The notes below the pieces were generated by a model, which ran no database searches, was not told the DNA's origin, and worked only from the letters and a program-made list of their open reading frames with translations. The translations under genes were made by a program, and so were the position numbers. Below, piece by piece: positions 24,000-35,591 of a stretch of 64,000 nt of DNA. The stretch comes from Candidatus Stammera capleta (GTDB taxonomy: Bacteria; Pseudomonadota; Gammaproteobacteria; Enterobacterales; Enterobacteriaceae), in assembly GCA_015139955.1 (NCBI GenBank), contig CP043991.1, positions 56,368 to 120,367 on the forward strand, read 5' to 3'. Within the stretch, counting starts at the first letter, position 1; every line of letters starts with the position of its first letter.

Positions 24000-24903
24000 A
24001 TATAGAAAAATCATAAGCTATGTAAGTATTAAAAAAAATTTTTGTACATTCTTTTAAAATTTTTTTAATATCTAGATAATTATATCTAGCACTAAAATGA
24101 GTAAGTATAAGTTTTTTAACAAAATATTTTCTTGCTAAAATAGCAGCTTGAATATTAGTAGAATGTCCTCTAATATTAGCTAAATAAGACATATTATTAC
24201 TTAAAGTACATTCATGAATTAAAATATCAACATTATAAATAAAATTATATTCTTCTTTAAATGGTGCTGTATCTCCTAATATAACTATATTTTTACCTTT
24301 AATATTTTTACCTAAATATTTTTTACCATCTATTATTTTACCATTATTTAATTGAACTTTTTTCCCTAACTTTAAATGTTTATATACAGGACCTGGTAAA
24401 ACACCATCAAAAATTAATTTTTGTACATTTAAATGACCAACTTTATCTTTTTCTTTAATATAAAATCCATAACATTCAATTGAATGATTTAATAAAAATG
24501 ATATAACTTTATATTTATTATTATTAAATATTTCACCTTCACTTATTTCAAAAATATTTAAAGGAAAATTAATATAAGAATTACTTATCTTTAAAAATGT
24601 ATTTATATAATATTTAATACCTTTACCACCATAAATATCTAATCTTTCAGAAACATTATTAATAGATCTACTAGTTAATAAACCAGGTAAACCAAAAATA
24701 TGATCACCATGCATATGAGTTATAAATATTTTTTTTATTTTACTTAATTTTATAGAAGTACGTAATATTTGATGTTGAGTAGCTTCTCCACAATCAAATA
24801 ATCATATTTCGTAAATATTATGATTTAAAATTAAAGCTATACTAGTAACATTCCTTTTAATACTAGGTGAACCAGCATTTGTACCTAAAAATTGTATTAA
24901 CAT
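23989..24903 (-). CDS. rbn: Ribonuclease BN / RNase Z (metallo-beta-lactamase tRNA 3-prime endonuclease)
   Basis: The N-terminus MLIQFLGTNAGSPSIKRNVTS was hand-translated. THMHGDHIFGLPGLL, LNHSIECYGF, IHECTL and GHSTNIQAA are present. 304 codons versus 305 in E. coli. Confidence 0.88.
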
Positions 24904-25119
24904 TTATAATAAATATCAATTAAAATAATAATAAATATTATTATAACAAAACAAAAAAAAATTAAAAATATCTATCAATTAATTTAATTTTTCAAATATT
25001 ATTTAAATAAAAATATTTTTATAAAATATAAATTTATATAAAAAATATAATATTAAAAAATAACTTATAATCTGATAATATTAAAAGTATTAATTTCTAT
25101 AACTTTTCTGAATATTAAA

Positions 25120-26013
25120 ATGACAAAAAAAATAGGTATATTAACTAGTGGTGGAGATGCACCAGGAATGAATACATTAATATTTAATATAGTAAAATTA
25201 TGTACAAAAAATAATTTTTATATATATGGAATATATAATGGATTTTATGGTTTATATAATAAAAAAATAAAATTATTAAATAATAAAAATTTTTTAAATA
25301 TTTGAAATAGTGGAGGAACATTTTTAAAATCATCTAGATTTCCAGAATTAAAAAACTATCAAATAAGAAAAAAAATAATTAAAAATATAAAAAATAAAAT
25401 AGATATTTTAATAGTAGTAGGAGGAGAAGGATCATACCAAGGAGCATTAAAATTAAGTAATATGGGTTTACCATGTATTACAATTCCTGGAACAATAGAT
25501 AATGATATTTTAGGAACAGATTACACTATAGGATATTTCACAGCACTAGAAAATATTACTAAAGCAATAGATAATCTGATAGATACTTCTGTATCACATA
25601 ATAGAATATGTATATTAGAAGTTATGGGTAGAAAATGTGGTAATTTAGCATTAACTTCTTCTTTAGCTTGTACGTGTGAAATAGTTATTACCCCAGAAAA
25701 GAAAATAAAAAAAAAACATATAATAAAAAAAATACAAAATAAAAGTATAAGTAATAACATTATTATTATTACAGAAAATATATATAATATTAAAAAACTA
25801 GCAAAAAAAATTGAAAAAGAAACTAAAATAGAAACAAAATCTGTATGTTTAGGACATATCCAAAGAGGAGGTAAACCAATATGTTTAGATAGAATATTAG
25901 CATATAGAATGGCATTTCATGCTATCAAATTAATTAAAAAAAATAAATTAAATCAATGTATAGGAATAAAAAATAATAAAATTATACATTATAAATTAAA
26001 TAGCATAAAATAA
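25120..26013 (+). CDS. pfkA: ATP-dependent 6-phosphofructokinase
   Basis: MTKKIGILTSGGDAPGMN, GGTFLKSSRF, VVGGEGSYQGA, PGTIDNDI, MGRKCGNLAL and GHIQRGG are present. Fragments 25120-25305 and 25462-26013 share one frame across a TGA. Confidence 0.93.
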
Positions 26014-26023
26014 TTAATAAATA

Positions 26024-27637
26024 ATGACTAAAAAAATAAAAAATTTTATATATAAAATTATTAATAATGATTTAATCAATAGAAAATATCAAAAAATTAT
26101 TACCCGTTTTCCACCTGAACCAAATGGATATCTTCATATTGGACATGTAAAATCTATATATATAAATTTTAAAATTGCTAAATATTTCAAAGGTAAATGT
26201 AATTTACGTTTTGATGATACTAACCCAAGTACAGAAAAAAAAAAATATATAAATTCAATTAAAAAAGATATAAAATGATTAGGATTTAAATGACATAAAA
26301 AAGAAAAATATACTTCAAATTATTTTCATATATATTATATGTATGCTAAAAAATTAATTAAAAATAAATTAGCATATGTAGATGAATTATCTACTAGTGA
26401 AATTAAAAAATATAGAGGAACATTAACTAAACCTGGTATTGATAGTCCTTATAGAAATAGAGATGTAAATAGTAATTTATTATTATTTAAAAAAATGAAA
26501 AAAGGATATTTTAAAGAAGGACAAATGTGTTTAAGAGCTAAAATAAATATGCAATCTAAAAACATTACTTTAAGAGATCCAGTATTATATAGAATTAAGT
26601 ATTCTAAACATCCTAAAACTAAAAAAAAATGATGTATATATCCTATGTACGATTTTGCTCATTGTATAGCTGATTCTATAGAACATGTAACACATTCTAT
26701 ATGTACATTAGAATTTCAAAATAATAAATATTTATATAATTGAATATTAAAAAATCTTAATATACAACATCGTCCTAAACAATATGAATTTTCTAAATTA
26801 AATATAACTTATAATATCAGTTCAAAAAGAAAAATTAATCAATTAATAAAAAAAAATATTGTTACTGGATGAAATGATCCCAGATTAATGACTTTATCTG
26901 GAATGAGAAATAAAGGATATACTTCAAAATCTATAATAAATTTTTGTAAATCTTTAGGCATTAGTAAACAAGAAAGTATTATAGATCTAAATGTTTTAGA
27001 AAAATATTTAAAAAAAGATTTAAATATTATTGCACCTAGAATAATGGGAATTATAAATCCATTTAAAATTATATGTACAAATATAAAAAATAATTATTTA
27101 TGAAATATTAAAGTATCTAATCATCCTATAAATAAAAAAATGGGAAATAGATTAATAATATTTAGTAGAGAAATATATATAGAAAAAAAAGATTTTAAAA
27201 AATTTTTTTTTTCAAAAAAAAAAAAATTAATAAAAAATAAAATTAGACTAAAATATGCCGGTTTAATAAAACCTCAAAAAATTATAAAAAATAAAAATAA
27301 TAAAATTTTATATTTAGAATGTAAATTTTATAAAAAAAATATTTATAAAAATATAAATATTATACATTGATTATCTACAAAAAATTTACTAAAAACTAAA
27401 ATAAAATTTTATTATAAATTATTTAATTATCCTAATCCAAACATAAAAAAAAAATATTTATCTTTAATAAATAAAAAATCTTTAAAAATAAAATATGGAT
27501 ATATAGAAAAATCAATACTAAAAAATAAACATAAAATTTTTCAATTTGAAAGAATTGGATATTTTAAAATAAATAAAATTACACACAAAAAACATATATA
27601 TTTAAATCAAATAATATCATTAACATATAAACAATAA
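26024..27637 (+). CDS. glnS: Glutaminyl-tRNA synthetase
   Basis: [22 protein letters not shown] and RFDDTNP are present. Four same-frame fragments (26024, 26339, 26888, 27140) are joined by TGA. TAA at 27635-27637. Confidence 0.93.
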
Positions 27638-27650
27638 ATTTAACATAAAA

Positions 27651-28106
27651 ATGTATATTAAAAAAAAAAATATCTCTTTAAATATTTTAGATTTAGCTAA
27701 AGTAAAACCTTATAAAAAAAAAATAAATGAAAAATATATGAATGATTCACAAATTAGTCATTTTAAAAAAATTTTACTTACATTACATAAACAACTAATT
27801 TCTAATACTAAAAAAAAATATTGTTTTAATAAAGAAACAATAAATTTTCCAGATCCTATAGATAGAGTAGTACAAGAAGAAGAATTTACATTTAATTTAA
27901 TTAATAAAGATAGAGAACAAAAATTGATAAATAAAATAGAAAATACTATTAAAAAAATTAACGAAAAAAAATTTGGTTATTGTGAAATATGTGATACAGA
28001 AATAGGAATAAAAAGATTAGAAGTTCAACCTACAGCTAATTTATGTATAGATTGTAAAATATTATCAGAAATAAAAGAAAAAACAAATAATAAACTAAAT
28101 ATTTAA
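27651..28106 (+). CDS. dksA: RNA polymerase-binding transcription factor DksA
   Basis: Intact 151-aa ORF. It has a coiled-coil region and a C4 zinc finger, [25 protein letters not shown]. Confidence 0.9.
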   Translation: MYIKKKNISLNILDLAKVKPYKKKINEKYMNDSQISHFKKILLTLHKQLISNTKKKYCFNKETINFPDPIDRVVQEEEFTFNLINKDREQKLINKIENTIKKINEKKFGYCEICDTEIGIKRLEVQPTANLCIDCKILSEIKEKTNNKLNI

Positions 28107-28195
28107 AAAAAATAAATATTATATATATACTTTATTAAAAAATTTAAATATAATCTTGTAAATTAATATCTTAAATGAATAATTTAAAATAACTT

Positions 28196-29035
28196 ATGAA
28201 AAAAATATGGTTAGAAAAACTACATTCAAATATAGGTCAATTTATTAAAATTAATAAAATTATTTATAAAAAAAAAACTAAATATCAAAAAATATGTATA
28301 GTAAATAATAAAAAATTAGGAAATATTTTAATATTAGATAATATTATACAAACTACAGAATTTGATGAATTTATATATCACGAAATGATATGTTTAATAC
28401 CAATATTTAGTCACCCAAAACCACAAAAAATTCTAATTATAGGTGGAGGAGATGGAGGATGTTTAAAACAAATTATAAAATTTAAACAAATAAAATCTAT
28501 AACATTAGTAGAAATAGATAAAAAAATAATTTCTTGTTCTAAAAAATATTTATTTAAAATACATAAAAATTCTTTTAATGATATAAGAATAAAAATAATT
28601 CACGATGATGGTATAAAATTTTTAAAACAAAATAATAAAAAATTTGATCTAATTATTATAGATGGTACAGACCCTATAGGTCCAGGTAAAAAATTATTCA
28701 CTAAAAAATTTTATTATAATTGTCAAAAATCTCTTTCTAAAAACGGAATAATTGTTACTCAAAGTGGTACAATCTTACAAATAAAACAAACTATAAAAAA
28801 TTTAAAAAAAATAAAAAAAATTTTTAAACATACTGGTCTATATCAATCATCTATACCTACATATTATGGTGGTAATATGTTTTTTATGTGGGCTTCACAA
28901 AAAATTAATTTAAAAAAAATAAATAAAAATGAATTATCTAACAAAATAAATTTATATAAATTTAAATATTATAATTTAATAATACATATTAATAGTTTTG
29001 CTTTACCTCAATTTATAATTAAAAAAATAAATTAA
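28196..29035 (+). CDS. speE: Spermidine synthase
   Basis: WLEKLHSNIGQF, QTTEFDEFIYHEM, LIIGGGDGG and IIDGTDPIGPG are present. Intact track ORF. Confidence 0.92.
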   Translation: MKKIWLEKLHSNIGQFIKINKIIYKKKTKYQKICIVNNKKLGNILILDNIIQTTEFDEFIYHEMICLIPIFSHPKPQKILIIGGGDGGCLKQIIKFKQIKSITLVEIDKKIISCSKKYLFKIHKNSFNDIRIKIIHDDGIKFLKQNNKKFDLIIIDGTDPIGPGKKLFTKKFYYNCQKSLSKNGIIVTQSGTILQIKQTIKNLKKIKKIFKHTGLYQSSIPTYYGGNMFFMWASQKINLKKINKNELSNKINLYKFKYYNLIIHINSFALPQFIIKKIN

Positions 29036-29056
29036 TTTTAATTAAATGGTGAAAAA

Positions 29057-29827
29057 TTGAAAAAAATTAAATTACATGGATTTAATAATTTAACAAAAAA
29101 CTTAAATTTTTGTATTTATGATATATGTTATACAAATTCGAATATAGAAAAAAAAAAATATATTAAATATATAAATAAAAAATATAATGCTAGTAGATTA
29201 ACAAAAATTTTAACTCAAACATGTAAAATTATAGGAGCTAAAATATTAAACATAGCAAAACAAAATTATTATCCTCAAGGAGCTAGTGTAACAATATTAG
29301 TAAGTGAAGAAAATAACAAAAAAAAAAATGAATTTAAAAAAAAAACTAAACCAAATACTATATTAATGCATTTAAATAAAAGTCACATTTGTGTACATAC
29401 CTATCCAGAAAGTCATCCTGAAGGTAAAATATCAACTTTTAGAGTAGATATTGAAGTATCTACTTGTGGTTTAATTTCACCATTAAAAGCATTAGATTTT
29501 TTTATAAAAAAATTGGAATCAGATATTCTAACCATAGATTATAAAATAAGAGGTTTTACAAGAGATATAAACGGTAAAAAATTTTTCATAGATCATAAAA
29601 TTAATTCTATACAAAATTTTATACATAAAAAAATCAAAAAAAAATACGATATGATAGATATAAATATTTATCAAGAAAATATTTTTCATACTAAAATGAT
29701 ATTAAGAAATATAAATTTTAATCATTATGTTTTTAATATTAAAAATATTAATTTTAAAAAAAAAAAAGAAATATTATCCCTCTTATGAAAAGAAATGAAA
29801 GAAATATATTATGGAAAAAATACTTAG
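29057..29827 (+). CDS. speD: S-adenosylmethionine decarboxylase proenzyme
   Basis: TTG start with GGTGA upstream. [51 protein letters not shown] and [16 protein letters not shown] are present. Read through TGA at 29786-29788 into [15 protein letters not shown] at 29825-29827. Confidence 0.92.
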
Positions 29828-29829
29828 AT

Positions 29830-30579
29830 TTATAAAGTTAAAATTTTGTAACCATAATCAGTAACTAAAATAGTATGCTCATATTGAGCAGATAAACTAC
29901 CATCTTTAGTTTTTACTGTTCAGCCATCATTCATTACAAAAGTTTTTTCTGAACCTAAATTAATCATAGGTTCAACAGTAAAAACCATACCAGATCTAAA
30001 ATTTAAATTACAATTATTTTTATAATGTAATATATTTGGTTCTTCATGAAAATTTTTTCCTATTCCATGACCACAATAATTTTTTACTACTGAATAACCT
30101 TTTTTATCAATATAATTCTGAATAATTTTACCAATATGTTTAAATTTACCTCCATTTTTAATACATTTCAAAGACAAAAAAAGACTTTTTTTAGTTATTT
30201 TACATAATTTAACAGCTGTATCATCAGGTTGACCAACAAAAAACATTTTAGAAGTATCTGCATAATAATTATTTTTACATACTGCAATATCAATATTAAT
30301 TATATCTCCATCACGTAATATACAATTATAAGAAGGAATACCATGACACACTACATCATTTATAGAAGTACATATTGATTTAGGAAAACCCATATATTTT
30401 AATGCAGCAGGATAAGCATTATAATAATTTACTATACGATCATAACAAATATCATTAATTTTACCTGTAGAAATACCTGGCTTAACATATTTAGATATAT
30501 AAAATAAAGTATCAGAAGCAATTTTACCAGCAACTTTAATATTTTGTAGATCTTGAAATCTTTTAATTATATTAATCAT
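29830..30579 (-). CDS. map: Methionine aminopeptidase
   Basis: FPKSICTSINDVVCHGIP, DIINIDI, YCGHGIG and VFTVEPM are present. TGA at 29920-29922 falls in NDGWTVKTKDGSLSAQYEHT. TAA at 29830-29832. Confidence 0.93.
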
Positions 30580-30675
30580 AAATTTATATTTTTATCTATA
30601 TTAGTTGTTTTTTTTTATATAAAATATCTATATATAATATAAAAAATAATATTAAAAACAAAGAGGATTAAAATA

Positions 30676-31344
30676 ATGTTTTTTTCTATTAAAGAAATGA
30701 TAAATGCTGGAATACATTTTGGACATCAAACAAAATATTGACACCCTAAAATGAAACCATATATTTATACTAAACATAATAAAATACATATTATAAATTT
30801 AGATAAAACAATAAAATTATTTTATTTAGCATTAAATAAATTAAAAAAAATAAATCATCAAAAAAAAAAAATTTTATTTGTAGGAACTAAAAAAGCTGCA
30901 AGTAACTTCATTAAAAATACAGCTATAAAATGTAATCAATATTTTATTAATAACCGTTGACTAGGAGGTACATTAACAAATTGAAAAACAGTTAAAAAAT
31001 CTATCAAATTTTTAAAAGAAATAGAACAACAATCTAAAAGTGGTTTATTGAATAAATTAACTAAAAAAGAAATTTTACAAAAAAAAAGATTATTAAAAAA
31101 ATTAAAAAATAATTTAGATGGTATTAAAAATATGGGTTCTTTACCTGATGCTTTATTTATAATAGATGCTAATTACGAAAATTTAGCAATAAAAGAAGCA
31201 AAACAATTAAAAATAAAAATATTTGCAGTAATAGATACTAATACTAATCCTGAAGGATTAGATTATATTATACCAGGTAATGATGATTCTTCTAAATCTA
31301 TAGAATGATATTGTAATAATATTATAAATGCATTAAATAAATAA
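30676..31344 (+). CDS. rpsB: 30S ribosomal protein S2
   Basis: [31 protein letters not shown] has AAGAGGA upstream. Fragments 30751-30960 and 31048-31308 share the frame. TAA at 31342-31344. Confidence 0.93.
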
Positions 31345-31345
31345 T

Positions 31346-32110
31346 ATGAATATAAAACTATTAAAAAAAATTAGAGATATAACTTCAATAAGTATTATTG
31401 AATGTAAAAAAGCATTAGAAAAAAATAATTTTAATTTAGAAAAATCAATTATATATTTAAAAAAAAAAAAAAATAACATAAAAAAAAAATCTAAAGAAGG
31501 AGGTATATTTGCTAAAATCAAAAATAATACAGCAGTTATGATACAAATTAATTGTGAAACTGATTTCACAATAAAAAATAAAAAAATAAAAGATTTTGCT
31601 AATAAAATAATTAATTATTCTCTAATTAATAAATATATATCTATTGAAAATATAAATAATATTTTTAAAGAAAAAAAAAATTATTTAATATCTAAATTTA
31701 AAGAAAATATAATAATTAAAAAAATATGTTATATAAAAGGTAAATATTTAGTTAAATATATACATAATAATAATAAAATAGGTACATTATTAAAAATTAA
31801 TACTGAAAAAAATAATATTAATTATAAAAAAATTAAAAAAATTGCTATGCACATAGCAGCTATGAATCCTAAATATATTTATAAACATCAAATACCTTTA
31901 AGTATAATTAAAAAATATAGAAAAAATATTATTTTATGTTCTGAAAAAATAAAAAATAAAAAAAAAATAATTAAACAAAAATTAAAAGAAATAATAAATA
32001 ATATTGTTTTATTAAAACAAAAATTTATTTTTGATAATAAAATATCAATAAATACATATATTAAAAAAAATTATATTAAAATAATAAATTTTTATAGATT
32101 TAAAATATAA
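31346..32110 (+). CDS. tsf: Elongation factor Ts
   Basis: LLKKIRDITSISIIECKKALEKNN and AMHIAAMNPKYI are present. Intact ORF directly after rpsB. Confidence 0.9.
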   Translation: MNIKLLKKIRDITSISIIECKKALEKNNFNLEKSIIYLKKKKNNIKKKSKEGGIFAKIKNNTAVMIQINCETDFTIKNKKIKDFANKIINYSLINKYISIENINNIFKEKKNYLISKFKENIIIKKICYIKGKYLVKYIHNNNKIGTLLKINTEKNNINYKKIKKIAMHIAAMNPKYIYKHQIPLSIIKKYRKNIILCSEKIKNKKKIIKQKLKEIINNIVLLKQKFIFDNKISINTYIKKNYIKIINFYRFKI

Positions 32111-32112
32111 AA

Positions 32113-32808
32113 ATGTATAAACGCATAGTATTAAAAATAAGTGGTGAATCACTTGGTAAAAAAAATATCATAGATAAAAATATAATGAAATTTCTTACTC
32201 AAGAAATTAAAAAGATACTCCAAAATAAAATTCAAATATCTATTATAATAGGTGGAGGTAATATATTAAGAGGTAAAAATTTAAATTATTTAAATATAGA
32301 TCGTACTATAGCAGATCAAACAGGTATGTTATCTACAATAATAAATGGATTAATTTTACATAATTTTTTAAATAAAGAAAATATAAGTACTAAAATTATG
32401 TCTACTTTAAATATAATTAATATATGTGAACCTTATAATTATATTAAAATTAATGAATATTTAAAAAAAAATAAAGTAGTTATAATAACTTCAGGTATTG
32501 GAAATCCTTTATTTACTACTGATACTGCTGCATGTTTAAAAGCTATAGAAATAAAATCTGATATATTAATTAAAGCCACTAAAGTAAATGGAGTATATGA
32601 TAGTGATCCACATATAAATAAAAACGCTAAATTTATTAAAAAAATAACCTATAATAAAATAATTCAAAAAAAAATTAAGGTAATGGATACAATATCTTTT
32701 TATATTGCTAAAAAACATAAATTACCCATATATATATATAATATATATAAAAAAAATGCATTATATAATATAATAATGGGTAAAAAAGAAGGTACTTTAA
32801 TATTTTAA
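32113..32808 (+). CDS. pyrH: Uridylate kinase
   Basis: YKRIVLKISGESL, IIIGGGNILRG, DQTGMLSTIING and ATKVNGVYDSDP are present. Intact ORF after tsf. Confidence 0.93.
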   Translation: MYKRIVLKISGESLGKKNIIDKNIMKFLTQEIKKILQNKIQISIIIGGGNILRGKNLNYLNIDRTIADQTGMLSTIINGLILHNFLNKENISTKIMSTLNIINICEPYNYIKINEYLKKNKVVIITSGIGNPLFTTDTAACLKAIEIKSDILIKATKVNGVYDSDPHINKNAKFIKKITYNKIIQKKIKVMDTISFYIAKKHKLPIYIYNIYKKNALYNIIMGKKEGTLIF

Positions 32809-32815
32809 CTAAATA

Positions 32816-32898
32816 GGAGGTATGGCTGAGTGGTTTAAGGCAACGGTCTTGAAAATCGTCAACGTAATCGTTCGAGAGTTCGAATCTCTCTGCCTCCG
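32816..32898 (+). tRNA. tRNA-Ser (anticodon UGA)
   Basis: A GC-rich island folds as a cloverleaf. The acceptor stem is GGAGGTA/TGCCTCC with discriminator G. The anticodon loop is CTTGAAA. There is a long variable arm and a T-arm GAGAGTTCGAATCTCTC. No CCA is encoded. Confidence 0.95.
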
Positions 32899-32912
32899 TG
32901 ATATAAATAAAT

Positions 32913-33680
32913 ATGAATAATTTAAAATTAAATAATATTATAAATAAATATTTAAATACTAAAAATATAAAAGATAATTCAGTTAATGGTATACAAATAG
33001 AAGGTAAAAAAAATGTTAAAAATATTTTAACTTGTGTAAGTATAAATAATTATATTATTAATAAAGCTATATTTTATAAAATAGATACTATAATAACTCA
33101 TCATGGTATTTTATGACATAATAATCTTCCAAATATTATTGGAATTAAAAAAAAAAGAATTTATAAAATTTTAATTAATAACATAAATATATTTAGTTGA
33201 CACTTACCTTTAGATATACATCCAGAAATAGGAAATAATGTTATTATAGCAAATAAACTTAATATAAAAATTATTCAATTACCTAATAATAATTTTCCAG
33301 TATTAATAGGTAAAATAAATACAAAAAAAAAAATTTACCAATTAATTAAAAAAAATAAAAATATTAATTTTTTAAAAAGTAAAAAAAAAAAAATTAAAAA
33401 AATAGGAATTTGTAGTGGATTAGGAGAAAAATATTTAGAAAAAACTATTTTGAAATATAATATTGATACATATATAACAGGAGAAATATTAGAACAATCT
33501 TTTTATGTTATTAAAGAGTATGACATTAATATTATTATTATGAAACATTATATATCTGAAATATATGGAGTAAAAAAATTAGGAGAATGAATAAAAAAAA
33601 ATTTTTCTTTAAAAGTAAAATTTTTGAATACATTTGATATATATGAAAATTCTTTTTATAAGAAAGAACGGAAAAAATAA
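32913..33680 (+). CDS. ybgI: Nif3 / YbgI family metal-binding protein (GTP cyclohydrolase 1 type 2 homologue)
   Basis: Track ORF 32913-33116 (DNSVNGIQIEG..TIITHHGILW) extends through TGA codons into FSWHLPLDIHPEIGNN and YITGEILE. TAA at 33678-33680. Confidence 0.8.
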
Positions 33681-35056
33681 GAAAATTTTTCAAAAAAATT
33701 TTCATACATCTTTTTTTTAGAAAAAAAACTATTATCAATTAATTTAGATTGAGCAATATATTGCTTATGAATTTTATATAATTTTTTATTTATATGATTA
33801 TTATAAATAATTAATACAATTTCAAAATTTAATCATATACTACGTATATCAAAATTTATAGAACCTAAAATAGAAATATTATTATCAATTAAAATAAATT
33901 TACTATGTAAAAAATTATCTTTATAAAGATATATTTTAATATTAGATAAATAAAGATCTTTAAAAAAATAACGACTAGCTCAATATACTAAAAAAGAGTC
34001 ACTTTTTTTAGACAAAATAATATTTACTTCTACACCTTTATTAGCTATAGAACAAATAGTATTAATTAATAAACTACTAGGTACAAAATAAGGAGTAGTA
34101 ATTATTAAACGTTTTCTAGTAGAAGAAATTATATTTAATAAAGCACGATGTATTAAATTATTAGGTAAACCTGGACTAGAATTAATAATTTGTATTAATT
34201 TAGTAGTACTTTTTTTTATATTTTTATAAACAGTTTTAACATCAGGAATTACTTCTCCTGTTTCTATCTCCCACTCATAAAAAAAAATTAATTTTATAAT
34301 TTTATTAACTAAATCACCTTTTATTTTTATCATTAAATCTATTCATATACCTAAATTTAAATGTCTTTTAAATTTTTTATAATCTACTAAATTCATACTA
34401 CCTACATAAGTAATATAATTATCTATTAAAATAATTTTTTTATGTTGTCTAAAATCTATTCTTTTAAAAAATATTTCAAAAAAATAAAATTTTGAATATT
34501 CTATAATCTTTATACCATGTTTTTGCATAATTAATGGTCAAATAGTTTTAAAAAAATTTAAACTACCTATAGAATCCAAAATAATTCTACAATCTACTCC
34601 TCTAGAAGCAGCTTTAATTAAAGATAAAGCAATTTTATTAGATAAAAAACTTGGTTCCCAAATATAAAATATAATATATATACTATAAATAGATAATCTA
34701 ATATCTTTAAGTAAAGAATAAATTAGTTTTTTATTATTATTAAATAAAATTAAATTATTAAAATTTACTGGAGGTATATATATATTTTTAAAACATAAAT
34801 TAAATAACATATTACTATTCTTATAGTAAATAAAATCTAATTTAAAAATATTTTTTATTCATAATTTATGTAAATATTGATAATTTCTATTAATATAAAA
34901 ATTATAAAAAATATTATATATAATTAATAATATAATAAAAAATAATATAAAAAAACAAAATATATAAATAATATTTAATAAAACATAATATTTTTTAAAA
35001 ATATAAAATAAAATAGAAAATAAAAAAAAAATAACTCTATATTCTATATTAAACAT
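33656..35056 (-). CDS. clsA: Cardiolipin synthase A
   Basis: Four same-frame fragments (33980, 34343, 34538, 34859) plus a hand-translated tail. The N-terminal region has transmembrane segments. Two HKD motifs are present: HKKIILIDNYITYVGSMN and HSKFILIDNNISILGSINFD. The C-terminus ends FSYFFRSFL. TAA at 33656-33658. Confidence 0.88.
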
Positions 35057-35082
35057 AAATAAATTATAATATTTTTAACCAT

Positions 35083-35586
35083 ATGATTAGTATTATAGCA
35101 GCATTTACTAAAAATCGTGTCATTAAAAAAAAAAAATATATATATTGAAAAATAAAAGAAAATGCAAAATGATTTAAAAAAAATACTATTAATAAAATTA
35201 TAATTATGGAAGAAAAAACATGAAAATCTATTAAAAAACCTTTTAAAAAAAGAATCAATATTATAATTAAAAATAAAAAAAATAAATATTATTTAGATAA
35301 AATAAAAAATAAAAATATAATATTTACTAACTCTATAATAAAAGCTTTAAATATAGCAAAAAAAATTAATAAAGAAATTATAATAATTGGAGGAGAAAAA
35401 ATATATTTACAAACAATAAAATGATCTAATAAAATGTATTTAACATATATAAATAAAAAAACATATGGAAATGAATTTTTCCCTAAATATAATAAAAAAG
35501 AATGAAAAATAATATATAGAAAAAAACAATATATAAAAAACAATAATATTAATTATATTATATTTAATATATACACTAAAATATAA
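35083..35586 (+). CDS. folA: Dihydrofolate reductase
   Basis: Not in the track because it is split by TGA. Hand translation gives MISIIAAFTKNRVI..YWKIKENAKWFKKNT..IMEEKTWKSI..IIIGGEKIYLQ..MYLTYIN..FFPKY, colinear with E. coli FolA. The minus-strand track ORFs here are antisense artefacts. Confidence 0.88.
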
Positions 35587-35591
35587 CTTAC

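Noticed and set aside
24904-25119. The 216-nt rbn-pfkA spacer as a candidate small RNA locus.
   Set aside because: It lies between divergent genes and so must hold two promoters. It has no GC-rich structured core and no ORF. I have nothing beyond its length to go on.
33538-33738. A 66-aa minus-strand ORF at the ybgI/clsA junction that could be mistaken for the clsA C-terminus.
   Set aside because: It is in a different frame from clsA. The clsA frame, read through TGA, continues to a TAA at 33656-33658 with a conserved FSYFF..L tail.
35064-35543. Two hydrophobic minus-strand ORFs (35064-35258 and 35289-35543) that look like small membrane proteins.
   Set aside because: They lie exactly antisense to a well-supported folA on the plus strand. 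Their F/I/L-rich composition is what the reverse complement of AT-rich, Lys/Asn-rich coding sequence gives.
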